Assembly (NCBI GenBank): GCA_020891255.1
Contig: BQFW01000007.1
Location: 2,108,001-2,172,000 of the forward strand
Source of the DNA: Entomortierella parvispora E1425
Taxonomy: Eukaryota > Fungi > Mortierellomycota
Direction of reading: 5' to 3'
Length of the DNA stretch: 64,000 nucleotides
Shown here: piece after piece, positions 12,735 to 23,655 of the stretch
How the letters are laid out: each line of letters starts with the position of its first letter
How positions within the stretch are numbered: the stretch's first letter is position 1
Translations under genes and position numbers: made by a program
The notes under the pieces: generated by a model
The model's input: the letters and a program-made list of their open reading frames with translations, nothing else
Databases searched by the model: none
Told to the model about the DNA's origin: nothing

Positions 12735-14095
12735 TCGCATCCACGCCGCAGTCGACAAGTGACAGTCAACTCTTTTCCCATACAAATACAGCTTGGTCCA
12801 CTTTTTTTTTTCGCCATCCTTCTTCTCTTCACTCTACTCCACTCCCTTTCCACACACACAAAGCACACAAAGAGCACACAGTCCACCATTCTGCCTTCTG
12901 GCCAACAACAATAGAGTCCTCATGAAACCCTTCGCCTTCTGGCTTCATCTTACGACATCAACTCACGCTCTTGACTCTGTCTTACCCTCCCAGGTCCCAC
13001 TTTGGCCGCAAAACCGCCTTCCTCTTCTGGCTCAAGCATGGCTTTGAAGTTGTCTGCCTTCCTCGGCTTGACTTTGGCCGCAAGACCACCTGCCTCCTCT
13101 GGCACAAGGCTCGGCCTTGAAGTCGTCTGCCCTTCCTTGCTTGACTTTGGCAGCAAGAACGCCTTCTTCTTCTGACCCAAGACTCGCCCTCAAAGTTGTC
13201 TGCCTTATTCCCCGGCTCGACCGGTGCCACACGACCGACGGTCCCCTCTGGCCCTACTTTGGCCTCAAAACTGCCTGCCTTCTCTGGCCCAAGTCTTGGC
13301 CTTGGCGTCGCCCGCCCTCCCTGGCTTGACTTTGGCCACACGGTCGCCTGCCTCCTCTGATTCAAGCCTCGGCCCCTTCCATACTCTACTTTGGCTACAA
13401 GACAGACCGCCTCCCCTAACTCAAGACTCGGCCTTGTAGTCATCCGCCCTCCCTGGCTTGACTTTGGCTGCAAGACCTCTCGCCTCCTCTGACTCAAGCC
13501 CAGGTACTGAATGAGATTGTGTGTTTTCCGGGGATCATGATGGATACAAGAAAGACTTGTAAACCATCGAATCCTTGGGCCACAAGACACTACCTGTAAA
13601 CTGCCTGCTTCTGCAGGTGCAAGGCCAGGTACTGAATGAGATTGTAGCGCCTTCCAAGCTGGCGATGGCGACAAGAAAAACTTGTCAGCCTTCAAATGCT
13701 TGATGCGGGGGCCCACATGACCACTACCTGTGAACCTTCAAGGCTTGGTGCTCAAGAGAGATAGTGGGGTATGGTCGACAAGAGCGACCCTTCCTCGGTC
13801 GTTTTGTCCTCCCTTTTTGATCCTGGGCCAACAGGCAAGTTCACTTCTTTTTCAAAGTTTTCTCTTTTGCGACGACAAGCAGATATTCACCGGGTTTCCC
13901 TTCTTTCTTTCCTTTCTCATCTAGATCTTTGGCCGCCTTTTCGCGACTCTTCTTCTAGTCTCTTTAATCATACAAATAAAAAAAAAAATAAAAATAAAGA
14001 AAGAAACTATTTAAAAAGAGGAATAGGACTCCTCTCTTTTGATATCATCTTCTTCTGTCTCTGGTATGAATGAACTGAAATGCAATGTCTGAAGT
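12735..14095 (+). repeat. Right arm of large inverted repeat
   Basis: Mirror of 11160-12520. Apparently identical over ~12815-13981, with substitutions and indels nearer the centre and the outer end. Confidence 0.95.
12999..13500 (+). repeat. Degenerate ~73-nt tandem array anchored on ACTTTGGC (mirror copy ~11755-12256)
   Basis: Anchors at 12999, 13071, 13144, 13220 (degenerate), 13256, 13329, 13388 and 13461, giving spacings of 72, 73, 76, 36, 73, 59 and 73. Confidence 0.85.
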
Positions 14096-16592
14096 AAACT
14101 ACAATGAGATTGGGGCTGATCTTCGACTTGGATCAACAAAACAGACGAAGCTGTGAGATGCGCCATTCAGTGGATATGCCTCTCTGCTGTTTGCGCTCCT
14201 TCTCATGTCAACAAATGCAGCCATGAGGGCATGAATGAAGTATCACAACACGATGGAGAGTGGAAGAAGAGAGCTCACAAAGACAGACAGCTTCGCCCAA
14301 ATCAGATCTGAGCCCGCGGCGGGGGGGGGGTTTTTTTTTGGTTTGTCCCTGGATTGAATATCTCAACATGCTTCGCTGCGAAAAGAATGATGATGGCCTG
14401 TAGCAAGGTAAACGTGTTCTTGGACACCCATCGGAACGAGTCTTTTCTGTGTTGAGATTGTCCTCCAGCCTTCATTGCAGTATCCTCAGAATTCAGCGCA
14501 TGCACATAGTTAATGGGTCTTTTATTCCGAACAGAAGTGGAACAAGGGAGATAAATAGAGAGGAGAGCTCAATGTGTGATCAAATACATCACTCGCCTCC
14601 TATACCTCCGTTTCTTCTCCACCTTGCCAGTATCCCGTGGGGTCGTTCCCGTCGATAAGTAACGCCGTTGTAGCAGCTTTCGTTGAATGTCATCGAAACA
14701 ATCCGTGTCCGTGGTCTTTGCGTCAATGGCCACGAATCGTATGTTCAATCCCCATTTCAAATAGACATCCAACTTGCCATTGTCCACTTCCGTTACTATC
14801 CACCAACATAGAGAAGAATCAAAGCTGCCACATACAAGTTCCAGGCACCACATGGTCCCAAGCAGGACAAATCAAGGGTCTTGTTGAGTCGACAGCCACA
14901 CAAGTTCATGTTGGGGTCGAATCAATGGATCGTCTCTTTTACACTCGGGAGGTCGAGACCATTGCACCTGAATCGATCCAGTTATATCTCCAAATCTAGC
15001 GCCAACCTCCATTAGTGTATACCTTCAAATGGTTGGTCTTCCTGTGATTCCAAGTCCCAAGAATAGACGTGGGTCCCAAGTTTCGACTGCCGCTCCGCCG
15101 TCTCCTGTTACGAGCCATCGGCCATTGGGTGAGTATGGTCACAGCGTTACTCTCTGTACTCGACACCGGGTCCAGGAGCTTAAAGTCGTCGATCGCCGAA
15201 ATAGTGATTTAGTTCTCGTCGGCGAGCACGCTGTTTTGTCGAACTTGGACTATAGCTAGGAGTATTGTGTCTCTGCATCACATCCTACTCTTAGACAAAC
15301 TCGTCAAACTTGCCAGCAAAGATCGATTTGCCATCCGACAAATGCGTATCAGTCGTGAGAGACCCTGTGCATTCTTGCTCCTGAGGCTCGCCTTTGCACC
15401 GTGATTGCTCAAAAATGCACTACTTTGTAATTTGTTGAAGCGATCCAGGGGATGATCTCCAAAGTCTGACAGCCCATTCTAGACTTCCCGGTGCTAATAG
15501 TCGCCCGTGCGGGAACCATGCGACAGTCTGGTAGATCATGGCAACAGCTAAGACGAGAGGAGTCGAGTTTTTCGTTCGACTGTTGTGCAGCGTCCGCCCA
15601 ATCGCATCCAGATGATCCTGAGCACTTGTAATCATGATGTCCAACTGAAGCAATTCCGTCTGCACTTGCTGGACCAAGTCAACGAGCCACTACAAAAGTC
15701 CTGCATCCAAGATCCTGATCTGTCAACCTATCTCGTGAAGCATCGGAGGAGTGCCTGAAAATACAGGTATTAATATGTAGTATACACGGCCGTCGGTGTC
15801 ATTATTATCAATGACGACTCAACCTTCTGATAGTACCCAAGAGGAGCAGTAGGAGCGAGGAGGAATGCTCGGAGCGAATGGTAGATATGAAGAGACGCGA
15901 GGATTTGATAAAATGACATGAGCCAACAATGAAGATGCGTTAACCAGCTGTCATGGCTCGAGCTGCGGTGAAAGCAGGGTTGGTGGCAACAAGCAGGTGG
16001 CTTTTCTCACCACGTGGCATGCGTGGCATGTGTGGCATTCAGCATCGCCATCTCGTTGTTCGCGAAATGAAAAAAAGAGATCTCTCACGACGAGAGAATA
16101 TCTACCGTCATCGTACGTGCTGCAATGAAGCAAATACGATTAAACGTAGAAAAGTCTTCTTCTAATCGTGATTGCTGCATCTCCTCAATTGAAGCAAATA
16201 CGATTTTAGGTAGAATAGTCTTCCTAAAATCGCAACCGTGTTTTCCCAAAAAATCATTTCGCATCGTTGTCATGGAGAACAGACGCTACATTCCGAAGAG
16301 CACTTTTCTTTTTTCTTTTTTTTTTTTTTTTTTGGTTTCCAATAGGATGCAGCGCGTCATTATCTGTTGATCTATTACAAGAACACCCTAGGCATCTCTG
16401 AAGCGTCTTGACCCTTCTCCGCAAGAACGATTTGTACGAGGAGCTGAGCAAGTGTTTCTTCATACGAGCCGAGACCAAATCTTTGGGCATACGATCACCA
16501 AAGAAGCGAAGACGGAATCAAAAACATCAGATCTGGGACTTGAACAATCTCAACATACGCTGATCTTTTATATTCTGAAGATGTCGGCTCTT

Positions 16593-19500
16593 TTAGACTG
16601 CATGAGCGTAGCGATACACAGTGATTTCCAGTCCTGGGTGAAGCTGATTGTACTTTTCTAATCGATAGTAATGTTCTTCAAAGTCCAGCTTTCCAAGCAC
16701 AATGGACAGCTTTTCCAGTTGATTCTTTGTATCCGAGAACCCATCGATCGCGTCCAGGATGCCATCCAACGACAAGTAGTTGTTCTCAAGATAGAACCGG
16801 TCCATCATGGGCAAAGGGTATGTCTGAGTGAGAGAAGGAGGAGGGAGGGAAAGGGGTAGTGAGCTGCTTGGGATAGTCGAAGTAGAGACCGACGACACTG
16901 AGGAGACGGAGGATGATCTCACCGAGGCCCGCGATGACTGGGGGATGAAATCTTGAAGGTCAAGCGTTCCTGGAGAAAAAGATGGTCGAACTCCTTGAAG
17001 ATTCATTGAGGGTACGGCTCCTGTCGCGATGCCTGATCCTGAACCAGATCCTGACTCGAAAGGAACGGCGGCAGTCGAAGCAACCAGTGGTGAAACAGAT
17101 GGTGCGTGATAGGCGTAATGAGGATGAGCATGCCCTTGATAGGTTGGCTGCTGAGTCTGGATATGGCCGACAACCATGTGCGTCATTCCAGGTGGTAATG
17201 GCGGCTCTGGGTACGCTGCGGTGGTTGTACTTGCAGATCCATTCACCATAGATGCCAAGGGATGTTGGGCCATGCTCGGCGGTGGCCGTTGGGTGCCTTC
17301 TCCTGCCCCATGGCTATTTGAACCAGCAGGAGAACTTCCAGTACCACGATTCGGAGCGACGCCTGACACTGCATACGAGCTCGTGGGAATGGGGGTGTCC
17401 CCGATGGCGAGCCTCAGGTGCTTCAGTCCGGGCATGCAACCCAAGATCGTCCTCAAGGTAGCATCTGTCAGGTGATCAAAGCTGGACAAGCCTAGATATT
17501 CCAGATGCGTCAAGTACTTGAGGTTCAACAGTAGGGACTCTGAACAAGCGCGCATGCCCGAGTACTTTGAGAGATCCAGAATTCTGAGCGCAGGACAGTG
17601 TTGGAGTGAGCGAAAATCAAACGGCAAGTTGGCGCGACCGACAATCTTCAGGACCCGTAGTCGAGGCATCGCCGAGCTCCAACTGAGACTGGTGAGGGAT
17701 CGATTGGACTGGTAGCTGTAGGAGTTGGCTTTGATCACTTCCAACGTATCCTGGAACGCCATGGCTGCATGCGAGATTGTCATCGCAATGTGTTCACTAT
17801 CTGTTCCTGAGAGCTCAATGACTCTGAGTGGCACAAGGGATGGCGTTGGTACGTGATGTGCCGAATGTGACGAGGGGACTGTCCATGTGCCAGCCTATGA
17901 CCATGAAAAGAATTAGAATAAAAAAAAAACATTTTTTTCTGCTTGTTCATTTTTGTAGCCTGGACACATACCTCAAAGTTTCTCCGTTCCAGAACTGCCC
18001 ACTCCAGCAAGTTTTCGTCGACAGATTTCAAATGAAGCTCCTCCAACTGACGGCATTGACTCAAAAAAGTACTAATATTCATCCTTGTCGAGCCGGCCGT
18101 CCCCTCAATATCTCCTGCCGACTGTGGTTGCCCCTGTTGCTCCTGTTGCCCCAACTGCGGTTGGTGTTGATATTGTACAGCTCCAACAGGAATGTCATGG
18201 AGGTTGGGGTTCAACGATCCGCAATTAAGCCTCAAGACTTTGAGATTCCCCCTTGGAATAGGCTCGAGATCTGCCTGCAAATGAGTGAACCCCGCCAACT
18301 CCAATACTGTAAGATGGTCTATCCGAGCAATCAACTCACTCAGATCTGGTTCCATGATCGTGTCATGATTCTCTGGCAGATAGGCTTCCAATTCCAGCAT
18401 CCGTACCGTCCCAAAGAGCTCATTGTGCTTCTGAATGAAATTCACCGATCCCTGGACATCCCAGTCCTCATGACAGGTCCTGATCCGGTGCAGGGTTTCG
18501 AGCTTTGAGACCAAAGGCATCAAATCCTGCATTTGCACTGTCTCCAGAAATAGTTCCCGTATCCGTGCAGGGCAGTGGCTGATTAATCGCCATTCGATTG
18601 TAAACGAGTCATCAATGTTTGGAAACAGCTTCCAGATTGTGAACCGCAATCCAGGATGGTAGTAATGAGTGTGATAGGAAAGATAGTCGACCATGGGTTG
18701 AAAATAATCGACATCAATATCTAGATCGCGCGAGAGCTCCAAAGACAGCAGCGTCGAGGTGGAATGCTGTATGGGTACAACTCTGCATCTACTGGGTTTT
18801 CTGGTTGTCTGCGTGTGTTCCTCATCAATGCTTTGACTGGTTCCTCCTTCATTGCTTGTCGCTGTGGGTGAAGGTGAAGGTGCTAGCGACCTTTCAGCTC
18901 GTTCCTTTTCGGCTAGTTCTGTCCTTGCCTGTTCCAGCTCGGTTCGTTCCTCCTCTGACAGAGTGCAGTTTAGCAATACCCAGAGGACCTGCATCTTTTT
19001 CCGTTTGACAAGACGCTCCCGCTGGTCCTTTTGATGTACGGCTTCGTTCCGTCCATGATGGAAGGCATCCATACTTCTCGTGCTGCTCCGACTGCTGCTC
19101 CGACTGGGCGTCCTTGGAGAATAGCCGACGCCTCCACCAGGTCCTGTTAATGAGGCTGTACTAGAGCGCCTACCGCCAGCATCGCTTGGCACAGTGCTTC
19201 TACCATTGCGTTGCTGTTGTTGCTGCCCTGTTGTTATACTTTCACTCGAGTCTGCCTCTAGAGTCCCCAGGGCGTTTGTTGCCTTTGTGGCAAGTGAATC
19301 GACTGGCGTGGGCAGTTCCTTCTTGAGGACCTGAGAATAAGGCGAGAGTTTTGGCCATGTCGCGTCAATGAGGACCATGGGGCTGCGGTAGAGGAATGGG
19401 ATCACCATTTGGAACCAGGCACGGTTCATGATAAGAAGACTGTAGAGTGCATGACAGTCGTCTGATAAATGCTCCAGAATCACTTGAATACATTCCAGCG

Positions 19501-19663
19501 GCAGGTTCTCCAAACGTGCCGGAGGATGGATGGTGGTTGTTGCGCGCATGGCAAGGTCGGTGTTGTCGTGATGACTGTGGTTGACGTCTAAGAGGGACAA
19601 TGTGTCCATGCGTGGCGGTTCAGTGGATGCACCCAAGGTCGGGTGCACAGGTGGCGTGTTCAT
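16593..19663 (-). CDS. F-box / RNI-like leucine-rich-repeat protein
   Basis: ATG 19663 (MNTPPVHP), one in-frame GT-AG intron 17895-17971, stop 16593. F-box-like LENLPLECIQVILEHL...LYSLLIMNRAWFQMVIPFLY; LRR-like segments (LRVLKIVG, LRILDLS, LEYLGLS). Confidence 0.8.
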
Positions 19664-19904
19664 TGCCAAAGGCGGGAGTCGGTTGTGGAGATTAGATTGT
19701 GAGGAAAGAGACGGCAAAAGAGCGCAAAGGGATGTCCCGTAGAATTTCAAAGATTGTGGAAAGTGGGCTTTGCACAGCAAAAAGAAATCGATTGGAATAC
19801 GTATTATTTTATCTATTGTATGGTGGATGTATGGATGTACGGGATGCTTCCATCTCTCCAGGGTGCTGGAGCGAAGGCATGGTATATGGATACACACTTG
19901 ACAC

Positions 19905-21787
19905 TTAGTTCCACGAGAGATCTCCAAAGGCACTTTGATGAGCAAGAAGGACAAAGAGGAAAGAGCATAGGTCAGTCTTTGAAGATTACAAACTCTGCAC
20001 CACAACTATAGAAGGCATATCATGGTCCATACCTGTTGTTCTTATTGGAGCTTTGGGGAGGGCTTGTAGGCGAGCGGGCAGCACCTGCAATCATGTTGAA
20101 AAAGTCACCACCTTGGGGCATTCCATTGCTGTTTCGATTGTTGTTGTTGGCAGGAGCGCCCGTGCCAAAGCCATTGTTGTTGGATCCAGAAGCGAAAGAG
20201 TCAAAAGTCGAGCTTGAAGGTCCTGACTGCATGGCACCAAATCCATCATCATTTCCCCAAGGGTTCTGTGGCTGTTGTTGTTGTTGCTGCGGCACCTGCG
20301 GTTGAAATGTTGGTGACTGGTGGGCAGGTGCCTGTCCAAATCCAAAAGCGCTCATGCCCTGCAACTGTCCAAATTGCGCCGAAGGCTGTTGCTGCTGTGG
20401 CTGTCCCATGCCAAATGAGGCTTGGTTCTGGTTAGGTCTTGGAGAACTAGATTGGTTGCCATACAGAGACAGAATCGATGACTTCCAGTCTGCATTTCCA
20501 GCGGGCTTTGCAGGTGCAGCCTGGCTGCCATTTGCTGGACTCGAGGCCACAGGGGTAGTCATCGCAAAGAGATCCTGGGTAGCAGTCGTTTGAGCAGGTT
20601 TGGCAGCAGGTTTCTGTGCAGCGGGTGTAGGAGCTGGGGCAGGATCATTTAAACCAAAAAAGTCTTCCTGGGCAGGAGCAGCGGGTTTGCTGGATGCCGG
20701 CTGGCCGATCGAGAACAAGTCTGCTCCTTGAACTCCAGAAGAAGTAGGCTTTTTGGGGAAGGTTGATCTGGTTGGGTTCGATGGTGGAGGTGCGATCATT
20801 CCAGTAAATGAGCCTGAAGACTCTGAAGAGCGGCTCATGTGAGCAGTGGGTCGTGAGTGGGTCTCTGTCTTTCCGTACTATACAGAGCATGTTGAAGTTG
20901 ATCGTCAGTAACAGTTGGCAAGATTCGAGAGTAGTCATATCTTCTCGTCGCTCCAACGTACAAGGTCCATGAGCATGGCTTCATCAATGGGTCCGAGTTC
21001 TGAGGGATCGGGGAAAGGTCCTTTCCTGGCAAACTGCTTATGTTCATACTTTGTACGAATCCAAGGGTCGATTCCCGATGTGCTATAACCGGGTAATAGT
21101 CAAGAAGGTGAGTACTTTCTTTACATCACTGCCGGCGGTCGTCTTTGATCTGGACATCGCCACAATATTCGTTGACCTACTTTTCATTGGGGATGCTGTT
21201 CTCTGGCAGGCGAGCTTCCCAGTACATGTTGGCCTTTTCGTTGCCCCACTTGATCATGTTCTCCACCTGGTCCACGGTCCAGCTGTCCAAGTCCACAGAT
21301 TTGACTATGATAGGGAGGGTCCACATGTGTGAGGTTTTCAAAGAATAAAGCCCTGTGGACATTGTCTTTTATAGCCTTTCCTTACCTTTACTGATGTGTG
21401 TCCCCATCGACCGATGGACTCCTGAGCAACGGATGCACATGAAGCATCCCAAGTTGAAACTGAAGAGAGTAAATGCGGGTTAGGACCTCTGCGCTTTATA
21501 GATTACATGAGTGCAGTCGGCAGGGCCGGTTAAAGTACCTTGCCCATCTTGGATCTATAGCATCGAGAGCAAGGCCGTAGGCCGATAATTAGAATGTGGG
21601 CGGAGACGAGTGGTACCAGAGACATGGTTCTCTGTCTGCTCATGAGATGACAAAGAGGGCAAACGGTACCTTTTTTGCGACAGTCGACGCAGTACTTGTT
21701 GCCAGGCTTTTGCAGCAGCGCCTTCAAGATGCGGGTGTGCTTGTCATTTGAGGTCTTGTCCGCAGTGCGGGCGAATCGGGTCGACAT
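19905..21787 (-). CDS. ADP-ribosylation factor GTPase-activating protein (Age2/SMAP-type ArfGAP)
   Basis: Spliced Zn finger CVDC...[22 protein letters not shown], then [10 protein letters not shown]...WGNEKAN. Low-complexity S/Q/P/N tail; final exon SAFGDLSWN* with stop at 19905-19907. Confidence 0.9.
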
Positions 21788-23254
21788 TGATGAGGCGAGG
21801 AGGGGATGGCAAAGAAGGATGAATGGAAAAAAGAGAGCTAAGGGCCGAGATGATGACGGAGCAAAAGAGAGGGAGCGGGCTGTATTCCTGTTTAAAGAGG
21901 TGCACCCTCTGTAGAGTAATGTCAATCTGAATTGGTGGCGCCAGGTGCAGTGTTCCAAAACTCCAGTGCTTTCCTTCGTTCACCTGTTTCCTGCCCTGCC
22001 CTGCTGTGCAACGTGGTAATGAACAAGAAGGCTGCCCTGAGGACGTTCTGCTTGCGATATAAATAGGAATCTACAAGTACACTGAGGACCACATCTTGCT
22101 GCCTGCTTGGGATGGATCCCTAGTTGGCTAGACAGCCAATTGATTGTTGTTCTACGGCTTGAGCAGGTGTCCCTGTCAGAAACCCATGCTCACACGGATG
22201 GCAACACAAGGTGCAAGTCGAAAAAAAAAGACCCGAGCCTGTGCCTGACCAATAAACTTTTGCCGCCAAGTCCGCCTGGTCCGGGCGACACATCCCACAG
22301 GCCAGTGACTTCGAAACGCAGCAGACTCACTCCCTCCAGGCCCGAGAGAAAAGGGCGAGCATGATCCTCTCCACACGTTGCGGTCGTACAAGGCAGGCAG
22401 GGAAAGAAAGACATAAGAGCGACAGGACAAAGTCAAAATTGTTGACAGCCAAAAAAAAAAAAAACAAAAAAAAAACCAGCAAAGCTGGCAAATGAAATGA
22501 ACGACGCACGTCCAATCCGAAAGGGCAGGCAAGCGACGTGCTCAGTCTACCCCCCTTTTCCAGGAGATGAAAAGCGACGAGAGAGAGAGAGAGATAGAGA
22601 GAGATGAGACTGAGCGAGAAGAGCAGCCGGTCCTAGTGCGGTTACTGTATGTAAAGGCCACCCTTGCAGGAGTAAGTCAAGTCTGGGACGAGAAGTGACA
22701 GTCTCTCTCGCTCCCCGCGGTTTGTCAAGACCAGCAAGCAGTAATCACCCCACCCACGGTCTAATTTTTTCGGATGATGTCAATGATCTGCTGCACCTTT
22801 TCAATTGTTGTTCCGACAAATAATTTAAATTAAGTGGACAGGCCCTGTCCTGTGCCATTGCCACCGTGGCAAAGGATGAGGTGAGCGAGGGCAATGGAGG
22901 GAGGGCAGTGCCCGTCCACAGGTGTCCAGCGACGTTCTTGTCCGAGACAAGCGTGCAACGGACAAGCATTGATTGTCCTGCAGCAAGCAAGCAAGCAAGC
23001 AAGCATGGTCGAGCGAAAATCAGCGAAGCCACGCTTAGTCAGCCCTTGGAGTGTTCTGTCCATGTTCAGGTGGAGAGGTGTGCATTCAGTTCAGTGTCTG
23101 CAGTGTGCAGTCAGTGTGCAGTCAGTGTGCAGTGTCCCACCACAGTGCGATGGATGCGTGCAGTTTCCACATTCGCTCCTTTATTTTCTTGCGCTCTCTT
23201 TTTCTTCCTCTTTTTCTTTTTTTCCCTCCTTCACCTCCTTTCCTCTCTTCTCTT

Positions 23255-23522
<268 letters not shown>

Positions 23523-23655
23523 TTTCTTCCATTCCATTCCATCCCTTTGTCCCTTGCAAATGACTTGCCCTCTTTGCCCGTAGACACAAAAAACCCAACT
23601 TGCATTGACAACTGAAAAAAAAAAAAAAAAAAAAAAAAAGAGGAACCTTCCCACC

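Noticed and set aside
12999-13500. CRISPR-like repeat-spacer array
   Set aside because: Eukaryotic context, no cas genes, and whole units are homologous (no unique spacers).
11539-13716. 244-aa ORF present in both palindrome arms as a real protein
   Set aside because: It shifts across frames of a 73-nt repeat, has no recognisable domain, and runs opposite to the apparent leader/3'-end polarity. Its duplication simply reflects the inverted repeat.
14100-16500. Possible decayed gene (F-box/LRR-like fragments) between the palindrome and the F-box gene
   Set aside because: Only short stop-riddled frames with no convincing motif; cannot be supported without a search.
17780-20005. 741-aa ORF starting at 20005
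   Set aside because: The upstream part overlaps the ArfGAP last intron, last exon and 3' UTR. The F-box protein more plausibly starts at ATG 19663, and the ORF's 3' end reads into an intron.
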